From Clostridiales bacterium (GTDB lineage Bacteria; Acidobacteriota; Aminicenantia; Aminicenantales; UBA8522): a stretch of 64,000 nucleotides of DNA. The DNA lies in NCBI GenBank assembly GCA_029907205.1, contig JARYMI010000002.1, forward strand, positions 59,060 through 123,059, written 5' to 3'. Made by a program: the position numbers and the translations under genes. Under the pieces are notes generated by a model that saw only the letters and a program-made list of their open reading frames with translations, did no database searches and was not told where the DNA came from. Positions 8,770 through 18,094 of the stretch are shown here, in pieces (position 1 is the first letter of the stretch; every line of letters starts with the position of its first letter).

Positions 8770-9012
8770 TTAGCGGCAGGTGCTGCAAGACTTACTGGAG
8801 CAGGAGGAACAGGCGCTCGATCCCGACGCAGATGCAGACGCCGACGACGTCGAGGAGCGACTTGTCCCTCCACCGATCCCAAACGTGGAGTAGAGCTTCT
8901 GGATCTCCGCGCTCCCGCAATCGGGACAGGCGACATCTTTTTCTCCGCCCATCCGGACGAGCGCCTCAAAGTGGCGGCAGCATTTCTTGCAGACAAACTC
9001 ATAGATCGGCAT
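8770..9012 (-). CDS. FmdB-family zinc-ribbon protein with Ser/Cys-rich C-terminal tail
   Basis: MPIYEFVCKKCCRHFE...ACPDCGS matches the FmdB CxxC...CxxC ribbon. This is followed by ...GGGTSRSSTSSASASASGSSACSSCSSKSCSTCR. Confidence 0.7.
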   Translation of the reverse strand: MPIYEFVCKKCCRHFEALVRMGGEKDVACPDCGSAEIQKLYSTFGIGGGTSRSSTSSASASASGSSACSSCSSKSCSTCR

Positions 9013-9157
9013 CTTAGATCAATATTTTAGCCCGATAGCTCTGTATTGTCCAGGCTGAGTGCAATCCGCTCAGCGCCTTTTATTTCTATTCTCAAGGAAT
9101 TCTGGGAAGCAAAATAGGGAGAAAAAAATCAGGTAATCGCGTAAGCTATCCCCAATT

Positions 9158-9679
9158 TTATAGAATGGCGATGGCCTCGATCTCCACCTTGACGTCGCGC
9201 GGCAGACGGGCCACCTGGACAGTCGCCCGCGCCGGAAACGGCGCATTGAAGAATTCGGCATAAACCTGGTTCATCCGGCTAAAGTCGTTCATGTCCTGAA
9301 GAAAAACCGTGCACTTGACGACCTTATCGTATGAACTTCCTGCGGCCTCTAACACCGCGCCCACATTCTTGAGAACAAGCCGCGTCTGCTCCTCGATCGT
9401 CCCGGTGTTGAGCTCGCCCGTTGCCGGGTCGAGCGGAATCTGCCCTGAGGCGAAAACAAACCCGTTGGCGATGATTCCCTGGGAATAAGGGCCAATCGCC
9501 TTGGGCGCCTTGTCGGTTTTTACTTCCTGTTTCATGCCTTTTTCTCCTTTCTTTTGCGCGGGAATTTTCTTGGGCTCACCGGAGGGCGAAACTCCAGCCG
9601 CGGAAAAAGAGGAGGCGATGGACAAATTGCCAACCGCAGCCAGCGAGCCTAGCGCCACAAGCGCTTCTCGTCTTTTCAT
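9158..9679 (-). CDS. RidA/YjgF-family protein with N-terminal signal peptide (RR-containing)
   Basis: [29 protein letters not shown] then a RidA core (…[20 protein letters not shown]…VKCTVFL…[11 protein letters not shown]…VEIEAIA). GGAGAT RBS before the ATG at 9679. Confidence 0.75.
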   Translation of the reverse strand: MKRREALVALGSLAAVGNLSIASSFSAAGVSPSGEPKKIPAQKKGEKGMKQEVKTDKAPKAIGPYSQGIIANGFVFASGQIPLDPATGELNTGTIEEQTRLVLKNVGAVLEAAGSSYDKVVKCTVFLQDMNDFSRMNQVYAEFFNAPFPARATVQVARLPRDVKVEIEAIAIL

Positions 9680-9699
9680 GATTTTATCTCCTTGCGCGC

Positions 9700-12141
9700 T
9701 CAGTTCAGCACCTGAATCCTGACCGGACGGCTTTCGCAGGTTTCTGTCCCGCATACGAATTTCGCTTTGATTGTATACGTTCCGGGCTTAAGATTCCAGA
9801 AAAAAACAAAGGGCTGCGAAGAAGATTCGCCGGTTTTTTGCCCGTTGATGACCCATTCGACGACGCCGTCCCCGGCCAGCGCAGTGAGAAAAACCGCCGC
9901 GCGGAGCTTGATCCGCTGGTGCTCGAGCCGAAGCACGGGGTCAATCTTGAAGACATCCCCATCGCCGGGAAAAGTGATTTCAACTTGGAATGTTTGCGTT
10001 GGACTCAGGGCCGTTGAAGAAGAAAAATTGGCTGCGGTGGTGGAGCCATACCATGGCTCTCGTGCCAGAATATGACTTGTCACATCCGAAAGTGGCGCGC
10101 CGGAATGGCGAGAGCAGGCGGCGCGCGGCTCCGTTCCCGCGATGAAAATCTCCTCGACGGCGCCCGGGCAGAATTCCATCGGAAGCTCTCCTGACTCGGG
10201 GCAGACAGATTGCCTGACGATTCCCTCTGGCTCCTCAAAAGCTGCCCATCCTTCCTTCCGGTTAAGAAGAAACATGATGTCGCGGAAGAGAGGGCCACAG
10301 CCCGTTATGCCAGAGACGCTTTGCATGGGCTTTCCGTCGAAATTTCCTACCCAGACCCCGACCGTGTAGCGGGACGTGTATCCCACAGTCCAGTTGTCCC
10401 GAAAATCCTTGGATGTCCCCGTCTTCGCTGCGACAGGAAAGGGAAAAGAAAGAGGCGTCACGTATCCGAAGCTCGGGACCCGCGCATCCCTGTCGGAAAG
10501 GATACTTGTGATAATGTATGCCACCTGGTCAGAGAAAATGCGTCTGCTCCCGAGCGAGGGGCTTTGCGACTCTTTCTGTTTTTCTTTTTTCCTTTCTTTT
10601 TCTCTTTCTATTTTTTTAGATAGCGCTCCGCTCTTGTCCGTTTTCGCCACGACGGCGAGCACCGCCTTTTCCGGCCTGTACATGCCCTGCCTCGCCAGCG
10701 CCGCATACGCCCGCACAAGCTCTAAGAGCGTCACCTCGCCGTTCCCCAGTGTCAATCCCAGCCCGTAATACCCCGGGCTCTCCTCGAGGCTCTCGAACCC
10801 GAGCGCCTTGAGACGGCGGTAAAGGAGGTCTGGCCCTATCTTTTCGAGGAGCGAGACCGCTGGGATGTTGTAGGAGCAGGCGAGCGCGGCCCTCAGGCTC
10901 ATCGGACCGTGGTATTTACGGTCAAAGTTAAGCGGGATGTACGCGCCCGTATCCGTGGGAAAAGCCGATGGAGAATCTTCGACAATCGAGGTTGCGGTCA
11001 GGCCTTTCTCTATTGCCAGGGCGTAGGTGAAAGGCTTGAGCGTCGAGCCGGGCTGGCGCCTGGCCAGAGCGCCGTTCACCTGGCCGGCTCTGGCCTCGTC
11101 AAAAAAGTTTTTCGAGCCGACGAGGCTCAGCACCTCGTCTGTGGCGTTATCGAGGACGACGACAGCGCCGTTGGTGATGCCGCGGCTCGATAGCGAATCG
11201 AGGTATTTGCAGAGCATGGCCTCGATTTTTTCCTGGAGGGCGAAATCGAGCGTTGTCTGGATGAAGCTGATCTCTCGGCGCCGCTCTTGCGGAATCCGGC
11301 CGAGCACCCAGTCACAGAAATGGGGCGCCAGAAAAGCGACCTCAGCGGGAACTATCCGCGGCTCCTCGCCAAGTGCCCGCGTCATCTCCTCTTCAGTGCA
11401 AAACCCGAGCTTTGCCATCCTGTGAAGAATGGCGCGCTGGCGGCCTTTCGAAGCGTCCCGAGCTTCGTCGGAGCGGTAGGGATTAAAGAGAGACGGCGCG
11501 CGCGGCAGCCCGGCCAGAAACGCCGACTCTGCCAGGCTGAGCTCAGAACACGGCTTGCCGAAATAAAGGCGAGAGGCGGCCTCAGCGCCGTACGCCTGGT
11601 TACCGTAAAAGATGCGGTTCAGGTACTGGACCAAGATTTCTTCCTTGGAAAGCGTCCGTTCGAGCCTCAGAGCATACCAGGCCTCCCGGAATTTCGAACC
11701 CACGGTGCGCGGGCCGGGCCAGATATTCCGCGCCAGTTGCTGGCTGATAGTTGACGCGCCGGAGACAACGCGGCCGCTCCTCAGATTCTGGACAGAGGCA
11801 CGGACGACGGCCAGGACATTCAAGCCCGAGTGGAAAGGAAAACGCCTGTCTTCAGCAGCGATTGTAGCCTTGATGAGGTGCGGAGAAACATCTTCAAGTT
11901 CGACCCATCGGCACCGTCCTCCTTCATCAGAAAGAACTTCACGCAAGAGCTTGCCGTTGCGGTCACGGATTTCGAGCGATACGACCGGCGCCGGGCTGAG
12001 TCTTGAGCGAGGCACAGGGATGAACGCAGAGAGAAGAAAAAGCAAGGTAAGCACAACGGCAAAGACAAAAGCCACGAAGCCAGCGAAGAAAAAAATGCGG
12101 GGGGAGCGCAAGCAGGGGGAAAGCAGCTTCTTTATGGTCAT
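9700..12141 (-). CDS. pbpC: Penicillin-binding protein 1C (glycosyltransferase + transpeptidase + PbpC C-terminal domain)
   Basis: TM anchor; GT51 motifs ([12 protein letters not shown]...[12 protein letters not shown]...RKxxE); transpeptidase domain; C-terminal beta-sandwich. Start placed at MTIKKLL (ATG 12141), 2 nt after the A2M stop. The track ORF has an Arg-rich extension that overlaps A2M. Confidence 0.8.
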   Translation of the reverse strand: MTIKKLLSPCLRSPRIFFFAGFVAFVFAVVLTLLFLLSAFIPVPRSRLSPAPVVSLEIRDRNGKLLREVLSDEGGRCRWVELEDVSPHLIKATIAAEDRRFPFHSGLNVLAVVRASVQNLRSGRVVSGASTISQQLARNIWPGPRTVGSKFREAWYALRLERTLSKEEILVQYLNRIFYGNQAYGAEAASRLYFGKPCSELSLAESAFLAGLPRAPSLFNPYRSDEARDASKGRQRAILHRMAKLGFCTEEEMTRALGEEPRIVPAEVAFLAPHFCDWVLGRIPQERRREISFIQTTLDFALQEKIEAMLCKYLDSLSSRGITNGAVVVLDNATDEVLSLVGSKNFFDEARAGQVNGALARRQPGSTLKPFTYALAIEKGLTATSIVEDSPSAFPTDTGAYIPLNFDRKYHGPMSLRAALACSYNIPAVSLLEKIGPDLLYRRLKALGFESLEESPGYYGLGLTLGNGEVTLLELVRAYAALARQGMYRPEKAVLAVVAKTDKSGALSKKIEREKERKKEKQKESQSPSLGSRRIFSDQVAYIITSILSDRDARVPSFGYVTPLSFPFPVAAKTGTSKDFRDNWTVGYTSRYTVGVWVGNFDGKPMQSVSGITGCGPLFRDIMFLLNRKEGWAAFEEPEGIVRQSVCPESGELPMEFCPGAVEEIFIAGTEPRAACSRHSGAPLSDVTSHILAREPWYGSTTAANFSSSTALSPTQTFQVEITFPGDGDVFKIDPVLRLEHQRIKLRAAVFLTALAGDGVVEWVINGQKTGESSSQPFVFFWNLKPGTYTIKAKFVCGTETCESRPVRIQVLN

Positions 12142-12143
12142 TT

Positions 12144-15100
12144 TCACTTCACGATATTGACGAGCGTTTCCTGGCTTCGTCCAAAGACTTCGGGAGAGTA
12201 CATCTCCTCGGCCTTCGTGCCAGGCAGGACATACGCGCCGAAATTGAGAGCCCGCGCCAGGTAACGATGCGTATGGAGACCCGGTGCGAGGGAATCGGCA
12301 AAAAGAAGAACGCGGTCGTCGTGCATTTCGATGTGGCTGAACCCGTGCCACCATGGCGAAGGCGTGCTGTCCGAGGCGATGATCTCCCCGAGCCGGCGCG
12401 CCGCTTCCTCGCTTTCGGTGATGAAGTTAGGGTTGACCGCATCAAACCCGGCCGGGAGAGGGTCGTCAACGACGACGTAGAGAGATTCCTGCGGCACAGC
12501 CACCTCGACCGTGACCACGACGAGTGAGCCGGCTTTTATCGTTTCAGTGGGCTTGCCACCGCGGTCAAGCGGCTCGATTTTCTTCACGACGGCGATTCCC
12601 TCGTCGCGAGGAACGCCCGGACGAGCCGGCGCATAAGTCAGCCGTGCGCCGTAGTACAAAATCCCTTCTCCTTCCTTACGGATTCTTAGGGGGAGTTCGC
12701 GCTGTCCGCCAGTCGTATCCTCATCACGGGTCTTGAACTCCCTGAAGCCGAAACGGGCGGTCTTGATTTCTCGGCTGGCCGAACTAAATCGTTCTTCCAG
12801 GAGAGTACGACCGGCCAAAGTGACTTTTCCTATAAAATCGGCTGGAACGCGCTCACGGGAGCTGTAAAACTCGTTCAGGCCATAGAAAACATAAAAATTC
12901 TCCTGGGTGGAGCCGAAACGTCCTGAGGATTCCCTCTGTTTGCTCACGAGCCAGCGGGCGACTGAACCGAGAAGCGGATGGTCTTGGCCGGTTTCTATGA
13001 GCGTCTGGAGGATGAGGGCTGTCGTCCGGCTGTTGGATGAGTAGATCCAGCGGCCTTCGCTTCCCTCGTCGTCCTCAAAGTGTGCGCCGCTGGGGCTGAC
13101 CTTGATTTTGTTGAGAAGATCCTGGAGCAGCGTGGCGAGCGCGGCGGGCGAGCCCTTTCCGTGGTGGAGCGCCTTGAGGAGGAGGGTCCGCGCGAAAAGC
13201 GATAGCCTGTCTTTTTCGGCGTAGAGACGTTCAGCAAAGGCGGGCTGGGGTTTCCCTAACAGGCTGAGGACATAGAGGGCATAGGCGCGGGTCGTTTTCC
13301 AGGCACGCTGGCCGAAGGGCTGGCGGCCTTGGCTCCACTCGGTCCGCAAGAAACTGATGAGGTAACCGGCAGCTCTGTCGAGGCGGTCGCGGTCAACCTC
13401 AAACCCCGCTTCCTGGGCCTGGATGAGGGTGAAGGCAGCGTAACAGGTGAGGAAGGGAGACTCGAAGGAGGAATCTGGCCAAGAACTGAACCCGCCGTTT
13501 TCTTTCTGGAAAGCAGCAACCTCGTTCAGGCCTTTGCGGACGAGTATGTCAATATCCTTTTCTTGGAGCGAAGTCAGCTTGAAATCAACGAGGACGCGCC
13601 GGGCAACAACATAAGGAAGGATGGCCGACAGGCGCTGTTCCAGGCAGGCATAGGGGTAGTCTGTGAGATAGTCAAAGCTGCCCTTGAGACTTAGCAGGGC
13701 AGACGAAGCGGCATGCACTTCAAGGCGGCTCTCCTCTGGATAAACGTCATCCGGGACCAAGACCTTCTCCTCGGCGGCCTCTTCGGTTTCGCCAGAAAGA
13801 GCGACTGTTTCTGTCGGCCGGGGAAGATAAACGGGAAGCTTGAGCTCAACGCCGTCGGTCTCGTCGGCCAGGCGGCCTCTGAAGGAGAAAGTGGCGACCC
13901 CCGGCCTATCGGCCTCCAGGCGGAAGAGGACCTCGCGGCTTTCTCCATGCTTGAGGATGAAGCGGCGCGCTTTTGTTTTATCGAGGAGGCGAATGCCAGA
14001 TGCCTCCACGCCAAGGTTGACATCGCCCTTGACTGAGGAGAAGTTGTGGATAACGACCCCTGCCTCAAACATGTCGCCAACACGGCAGAAGCGGGGGAAC
14101 GAAGGCAGGAGGAGGAGCTTCTTGGACACGCGGAAGGAAGTCTCGCTCCGGCCGAAATGAGACTCTCTGGTCTGCGCCACCGCCATGACACGGAAAGTGG
14201 TGAGGTTATCGGGAAGCGTAAAGGTGACGCTGGCTTCTCCGTTTTCATCGGTGAGCAGGGAGGGATTCCAGTATGCAGTCGATTTGAAATCTCCGCGCAG
14301 CTCGACTTCGGTCAGGCCCGGAGCTGCAGCCATTTCTTTCTCTGTGCCAACTCCGCCTCCCGGCTCTTCGCCCTTTTCGCCGTAATCGCGCTGGCCGACG
14401 ACATGAAGCCGGGTTTCTGATGTGCGGACTGAAAGCGGGCGCTCGCCGTAGAAGAACGAGAAGGGGTCGGGAGTCTCGTAGCCGATCAGGTTGAGCACAC
14501 CGAGGTCAACGACAGCGACCGAAAGGCAAGCAGGCAAGCCGGCATCCGAAGAAGAGCTTGCAGAGACCCTGAATTTCAACCTGACGGTCTCCCTTGGCTT
14601 GTATTCGGTCCTGGGGTTTTCAATACTGACCGAGAGCCTCTTCAGAGCTGGGTTTACACTGAGGTTAACATAGCCAATTTTGAAAGAAGGCTGGCCGAGG
14701 TCTTTAAGTCCAACAGCAGAAGTTTCAACGCGGCCATAGACGAGCAGGACGGAGATAAAAACATTCGGGATGTATTCTCGAAGGATGGGGATTTCAATAT
14801 GGCTGGCCGTGCCCTCGATGTCCAAAACCCTGGCTTCTAAAATCGACTCGCGCTCGATGGTAACCAGAGCTTTAGCCCGTTCGTAAGGCGATTTCACCAG
14901 AATTCTGGCGCGGTCGCCAGGCCTGTAGGATTCAGCGTCAGCCACGAGTTCTATGGCATCGTCGTCAGTGCGTTCCCAGGGAACGAAATCACGACCTGTT
15001 ACGTAGAACGAGGTCGTGGTTGTGATCGTATTTTTAAGGCTGTCCAGGGAAGAGGCGAGCAGCAAATAGAAGCCCGATTTGTCGGGAGCCAAGGAGACGG

Positions 15101-18008
15101 TTGCGGCTGACATCCCGGTCAGGACGTCGCGGCTTTCGACCTCCACATCCTCGCGCTCGGTGAGCCAGCGGAAGAGGCCGCCGACGCCCGCCTGGCGGAC
15201 CGACCGCCACTCGCGCCGGACGAGCTTGAGGTTGATTGTGCGGCCGGGAAGGAGAGTGCCATCAGGCAAGGCGGCGATAACATCGACCGAGATGGCCTCT
15301 CCTTTCTTGAGAAAGGAAGTCGATGGCTTGAGCCCGATGGTGAACTCGCCTCGGTGAACCAGAGTCTGGATGCGGTTGGAGATGGTGCGGCGACTCGGGC
15401 TCGTGACTGTGGCTTCGAGGGTGGCAAGGACCGAATCTTTTTCTTTTTCCGGGAGAAGCGGCACCTTGAGGGTGAGTTTGCCTTGATCATTGAGCCTGGT
15501 TTCAGCAGAAGCCAGGAGGCGGCTTTCGGCTGGCGAGGTCTCTTCCTCTCCCCAGTCAATCTCATTGCCGAAAATATAGCCCTCATGGCCAGGCGGAGCG
15601 AAGGAGGTTCGGTTGAGACGGAGATGCCAGGTGACGTCCTGGCCGGCCATGGCTCCCCCGAAGAGATAATTCGCTCGGATTTCGGCTCTGTAGTCGCGGC
15701 TGAAGACGAAGCTTTTCTCAGCGGCCCGGAGGTGAAGTTCAAACTCTGCCGGACGGAAGGCCTCAACACGAAATGAGCCTGAGAACAATACCGGCTTTTC
15801 GCCCGGCAGGCGCGGCCGAAGCTTGGCCGTGATCTGATAATAGCCGAGTGAGGAGTCCTCAGACGTCGTGAAATCAAGGGCAAAAGACCCGAACTTATCC
15901 AGAGGAATCGTGCTTTTAAAGATCCGTTTTTCGAAGGGATCCAGGATTTCGCAATCCAGGGAGAGCGGAGAAGAAGCAGGAGGAGGGGCTGACGGGATCT
16001 GCCACTGACCCTTGACGCTTTCCCTGATGATGCCCTTGATATGGACTTTTTCGCCAGCCCGGTAGATACCTCGTTCGGTAAAAATATATCCTTGCCAGAC
16101 GGCCGGCTCAGGGAACCAGTCGTACGATATCCTGAAGCGGTAGGGGTCGATCCCCGTGCCCCATTCGGACGAGGAGAGGGCCGTGTCGGCGCCCCGGGAG
16201 GCAAAGACCCACTGGCGCGGCTCGGCGTATTCGTCTCGGCTTGAAATGCCGAGTTTCTTCCAGCCGGGCGTTTCGGCCTTGCCAAAGGCGTCGGTTTTGC
16301 CCCGCCATTTAACTGTATTGGCGTCGTCGCGGAGCTCAACGGCTGCATCGGGCACGGGCAGACCGGTCTTAAGCTCGGTGACCCAGATGATGTTGTTATC
16401 AGCTGAGAACTTGGCGCTGATGCCGAGTTCTGTAACCTGAAGGAAGGCTTTTTTATAGCGGTCCCATTTATCTTCAGGGCAATTGGTGTCGACCTGGAGA
16501 AAAAGCAGCCCGGGAGTGTTGGGCGCGGGAAACAGCTCAGAAAGGTCAATGGGAACGGTGCGGCGCTTGTTCCGACCGAGGTTAAGGTTGAGAGTCTTTT
16601 CAACCTGGAAAAACCCGGCGGGAGCGGAAAATTTCTCATCCGGCCAAAAAACCTTGGGCTGACGGAGCAAAGGGATAACAGCGTCTTTGGCGAGGCGAGT
16701 CGCCTGGATGAAGACGCTCTCCTGATTGATAGCCTGGAGGGGATACCGAGGGCCGGGAGCAATCGTGGCTTCGATGACACCGTGGCCGGTGACCATGGAA
16801 ACAGAGGGAGGGAAGGAGCCCGTCGAGAAACGGAGAGAAACGGCCTCGCCCAGCGAGTTGCCAAACTCGTCGGCCAGGTCTGGAGAGAGACGCACCGAGT
16901 AAGATGAGTCCGGCTCGAGCGGGAGAGAAAAATAGAGCACATCGCTGCTGTATTCCCATTCGGAGTAATAATCGGGAATCTCAACAGGCGGGTCGAACGT
17001 GATTTTAGAGACGAAATCTTTGTAAAAAACCTGGTTGGTGAACTTGAATTGAACGGGTTCGCTTGGGGGAAGGTTTTCCGCGTTCTCAAGGCCTATGAAC
17101 CGAAAAGGAGCGAAGGTTTCGAAGCTAAAGGAATGATCTTTTTCCAAGCCAAGAGGGCCTTCTTTGGCAGCTAAGCCCCGTTTGAGGGTGATGAGGCAGG
17201 TTGATCCTGGCGTAAGTTTTTGTCCAGACGACAGAGTGAGGAGCAGGCCATGATCGGGCGGAAGTTCAAGCCTCTCGCTCTTGAGTTTTTCCGCCGGAGG
17301 GTGAGCAATATCGAAGGGGAGAGCTCTCGGCCGACCGGGTTCAGCGCAAGCAGTGGCGGTTGGCGCTTCTGTCCATGAAATGAAACGCGCTGCTTTGTCC
17401 CTATCAATCGGCTGGTTGAAGAGAAGTAGAACTTGGGTATCGAGTTTGACCCATCGCTGTCCATCGACAGGAAAATTCCTGACGAGGCGAGGTTCGATCG
17501 TCTTGAATGACCATATGAAATCGCGCGGAAGAGTGCTGCCGTCGAGGGCAGAAGTTCCTGCCGGCACAGTGACGTTAATTTCAGAGGCAAAAGGGAAGCG
17601 TTTGTCGGGAGCAAAAGCCAATGTCCGACTGCCGATCCACCGGTGCTTGCCGGCTGCTGGAGGGTCGAACCTGAGGAGAGAACGATCTAATGGGGCTTTT
17701 TTTTCGATGGCTTGAAGAGCGACCATTGGCCGGTCGAAAGTGACGACGACAGTCTCGGATTCGTGGGGCGCCGCCGTTCGTCCCTGGGGAGTCGCGCTGA
17801 GGACACGCAGGTCAGTGACAGCCGCGGCAGGAGGTGGCTTCAATGGATTATTTATATTATCCCGATAGGCTCGATCGATTTTATCCGTGCGGGCCGATTG
17901 TCCCGCTTTCCCTGGCTCCTCCTGTTTGCAGCGTTGAAGAGTGAGGACGAAAACGAAAGCGATGAAGAGCCAGGTCATCAGGACAGAAGTGAACTTTATT
18001 TTTCCCAT
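12144..18008 (-). CDS. Bacterial alpha-2-macroglobulin family protein (thioester-containing, 1954 aa)
   Basis: N-terminal signal ending ...LTLQRC; MG domains; thioester motif YPYACLEQ; receptor-binding-like C-terminus. GGAGGTG RBS before the ATG at 18008. Adjacent to pbpC as in the yfhM-pbpC pair. Confidence 0.85.
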   Translation of the reverse strand: MGKIKFTSVLMTWLFIAFVFVLTLQRCKQEEPGKAGQSARTDKIDRAYRDNINNPLKPPPAAAVTDLRVLSATPQGRTAAPHESETVVVTFDRPMVALQAIEKKAPLDRSLLRFDPPAAGKHRWIGSRTLAFAPDKRFPFASEINVTVPAGTSALDGSTLPRDFIWSFKTIEPRLVRNFPVDGQRWVKLDTQVLLLFNQPIDRDKAARFISWTEAPTATACAEPGRPRALPFDIAHPPAEKLKSERLELPPDHGLLLTLSSGQKLTPGSTCLITLKRGLAAKEGPLGLEKDHSFSFETFAPFRFIGLENAENLPPSEPVQFKFTNQVFYKDFVSKITFDPPVEIPDYYSEWEYSSDVLYFSLPLEPDSSYSVRLSPDLADEFGNSLGEAVSLRFSTGSFPPSVSMVTGHGVIEATIAPGPRYPLQAINQESVFIQATRLAKDAVIPLLRQPKVFWPDEKFSAPAGFFQVEKTLNLNLGRNKRRTVPIDLSELFPAPNTPGLLFLQVDTNCPEDKWDRYKKAFLQVTELGISAKFSADNNIIWVTELKTGLPVPDAAVELRDDANTVKWRGKTDAFGKAETPGWKKLGISSRDEYAEPRQWVFASRGADTALSSSEWGTGIDPYRFRISYDWFPEPAVWQGYIFTERGIYRAGEKVHIKGIIRESVKGQWQIPSAPPPASSPLSLDCEILDPFEKRIFKSTIPLDKFGSFALDFTTSEDSSLGYYQITAKLRPRLPGEKPVLFSGSFRVEAFRPAEFELHLRAAEKSFVFSRDYRAEIRANYLFGGAMAGQDVTWHLRLNRTSFAPPGHEGYIFGNEIDWGEEETSPAESRLLASAETRLNDQGKLTLKVPLLPEKEKDSVLATLEATVTSPSRRTISNRIQTLVHRGEFTIGLKPSTSFLKKGEAISVDVIAALPDGTLLPGRTINLKLVRREWRSVRQAGVGGLFRWLTEREDVEVESRDVLTGMSAATVSLAPDKSGFYLLLASSLDSLKNTITTTTSFYVTGRDFVPWERTDDDAIELVADAESYRPGDRARILVKSPYERAKALVTIERESILEARVLDIEGTASHIEIPILREYIPNVFISVLLVYGRVETSAVGLKDLGQPSFKIGYVNLSVNPALKRLSVSIENPRTEYKPRETVRLKFRVSASSSSDAGLPACLSVAVVDLGVLNLIGYETPDPFSFFYGERPLSVRTSETRLHVVGQRDYGEKGEEPGGGVGTEKEMAAAPGLTEVELRGDFKSTAYWNPSLLTDENGEASVTFTLPDNLTTFRVMAVAQTRESHFGRSETSFRVSKKLLLLPSFPRFCRVGDMFEAGVVIHNFSSVKGDVNLGVEASGIRLLDKTKARRFILKHGESREVLFRLEADRPGVATFSFRGRLADETDGVELKLPVYLPRPTETVALSGETEEAAEEKVLVPDDVYPEESRLEVHAASSALLSLKGSFDYLTDYPYACLEQRLSAILPYVVARRVLVDFKLTSLQEKDIDILVRKGLNEVAAFQKENGGFSSWPDSSFESPFLTCYAAFTLIQAQEAGFEVDRDRLDRAAGYLISFLRTEWSQGRQPFGQRAWKTTRAYALYVLSLLGKPQPAFAERLYAEKDRLSLFARTLLLKALHHGKGSPAALATLLQDLLNKIKVSPSGAHFEDDEGSEGRWIYSSNSRTTALILQTLIETGQDHPLLGSVARWLVSKQRESSGRFGSTQENFYVFYGLNEFYSSRERVPADFIGKVTLAGRTLLEERFSSASREIKTARFGFREFKTRDEDTTGGQRELPLRIRKEGEGILYYGARLTYAPARPGVPRDEGIAVVKKIEPLDRGGKPTETIKAGSLVVVTVEVAVPQESLYVVVDDPLPAGFDAVNPNFITESEEAARRLGEIIASDSTPSPWWHGFSHIEMHDDRVLLFADSLAPGLHTHRYLARALNFGAYVLPGTKAEEMYSPEVFGRSQETLVNIVK

Positions 18009-18094
18009 GATCCACCTCCAATAGTCGCTTCAGACCAATCCGCGCGGGCAACTATTATCAAAAAAAATTTCAGGCGATTGACAGCGCACAGCGC

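Noticed and set aside
8650-9030. 126-aa + strand ORF overlapping the FmdB gene
   Set aside because: Arg-rich low complexity. The minus-strand frame gives a textbook FmdB zinc ribbon, so the + ORF is its antisense shadow.
9054-9093. Hairpin GCTGAG-tgcaatccg-CTCAGC followed by a T-rich tract on the + strand
   Set aside because: It would be an intrinsic terminator for a + strand transcript, but no credible + strand gene lies upstream. For the minus-strand RidA gene the U-tract is on the wrong side. It is kept only as a possible FmdB promoter-region structure.
15119-17089. 656-aa minus-strand ORF inside the A2M gene
   Set aside because: A different frame from the 1954-aa A2M ORF on the same strand. 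The Ser/Arg/Pro-rich translation is an alternative-frame artefact.
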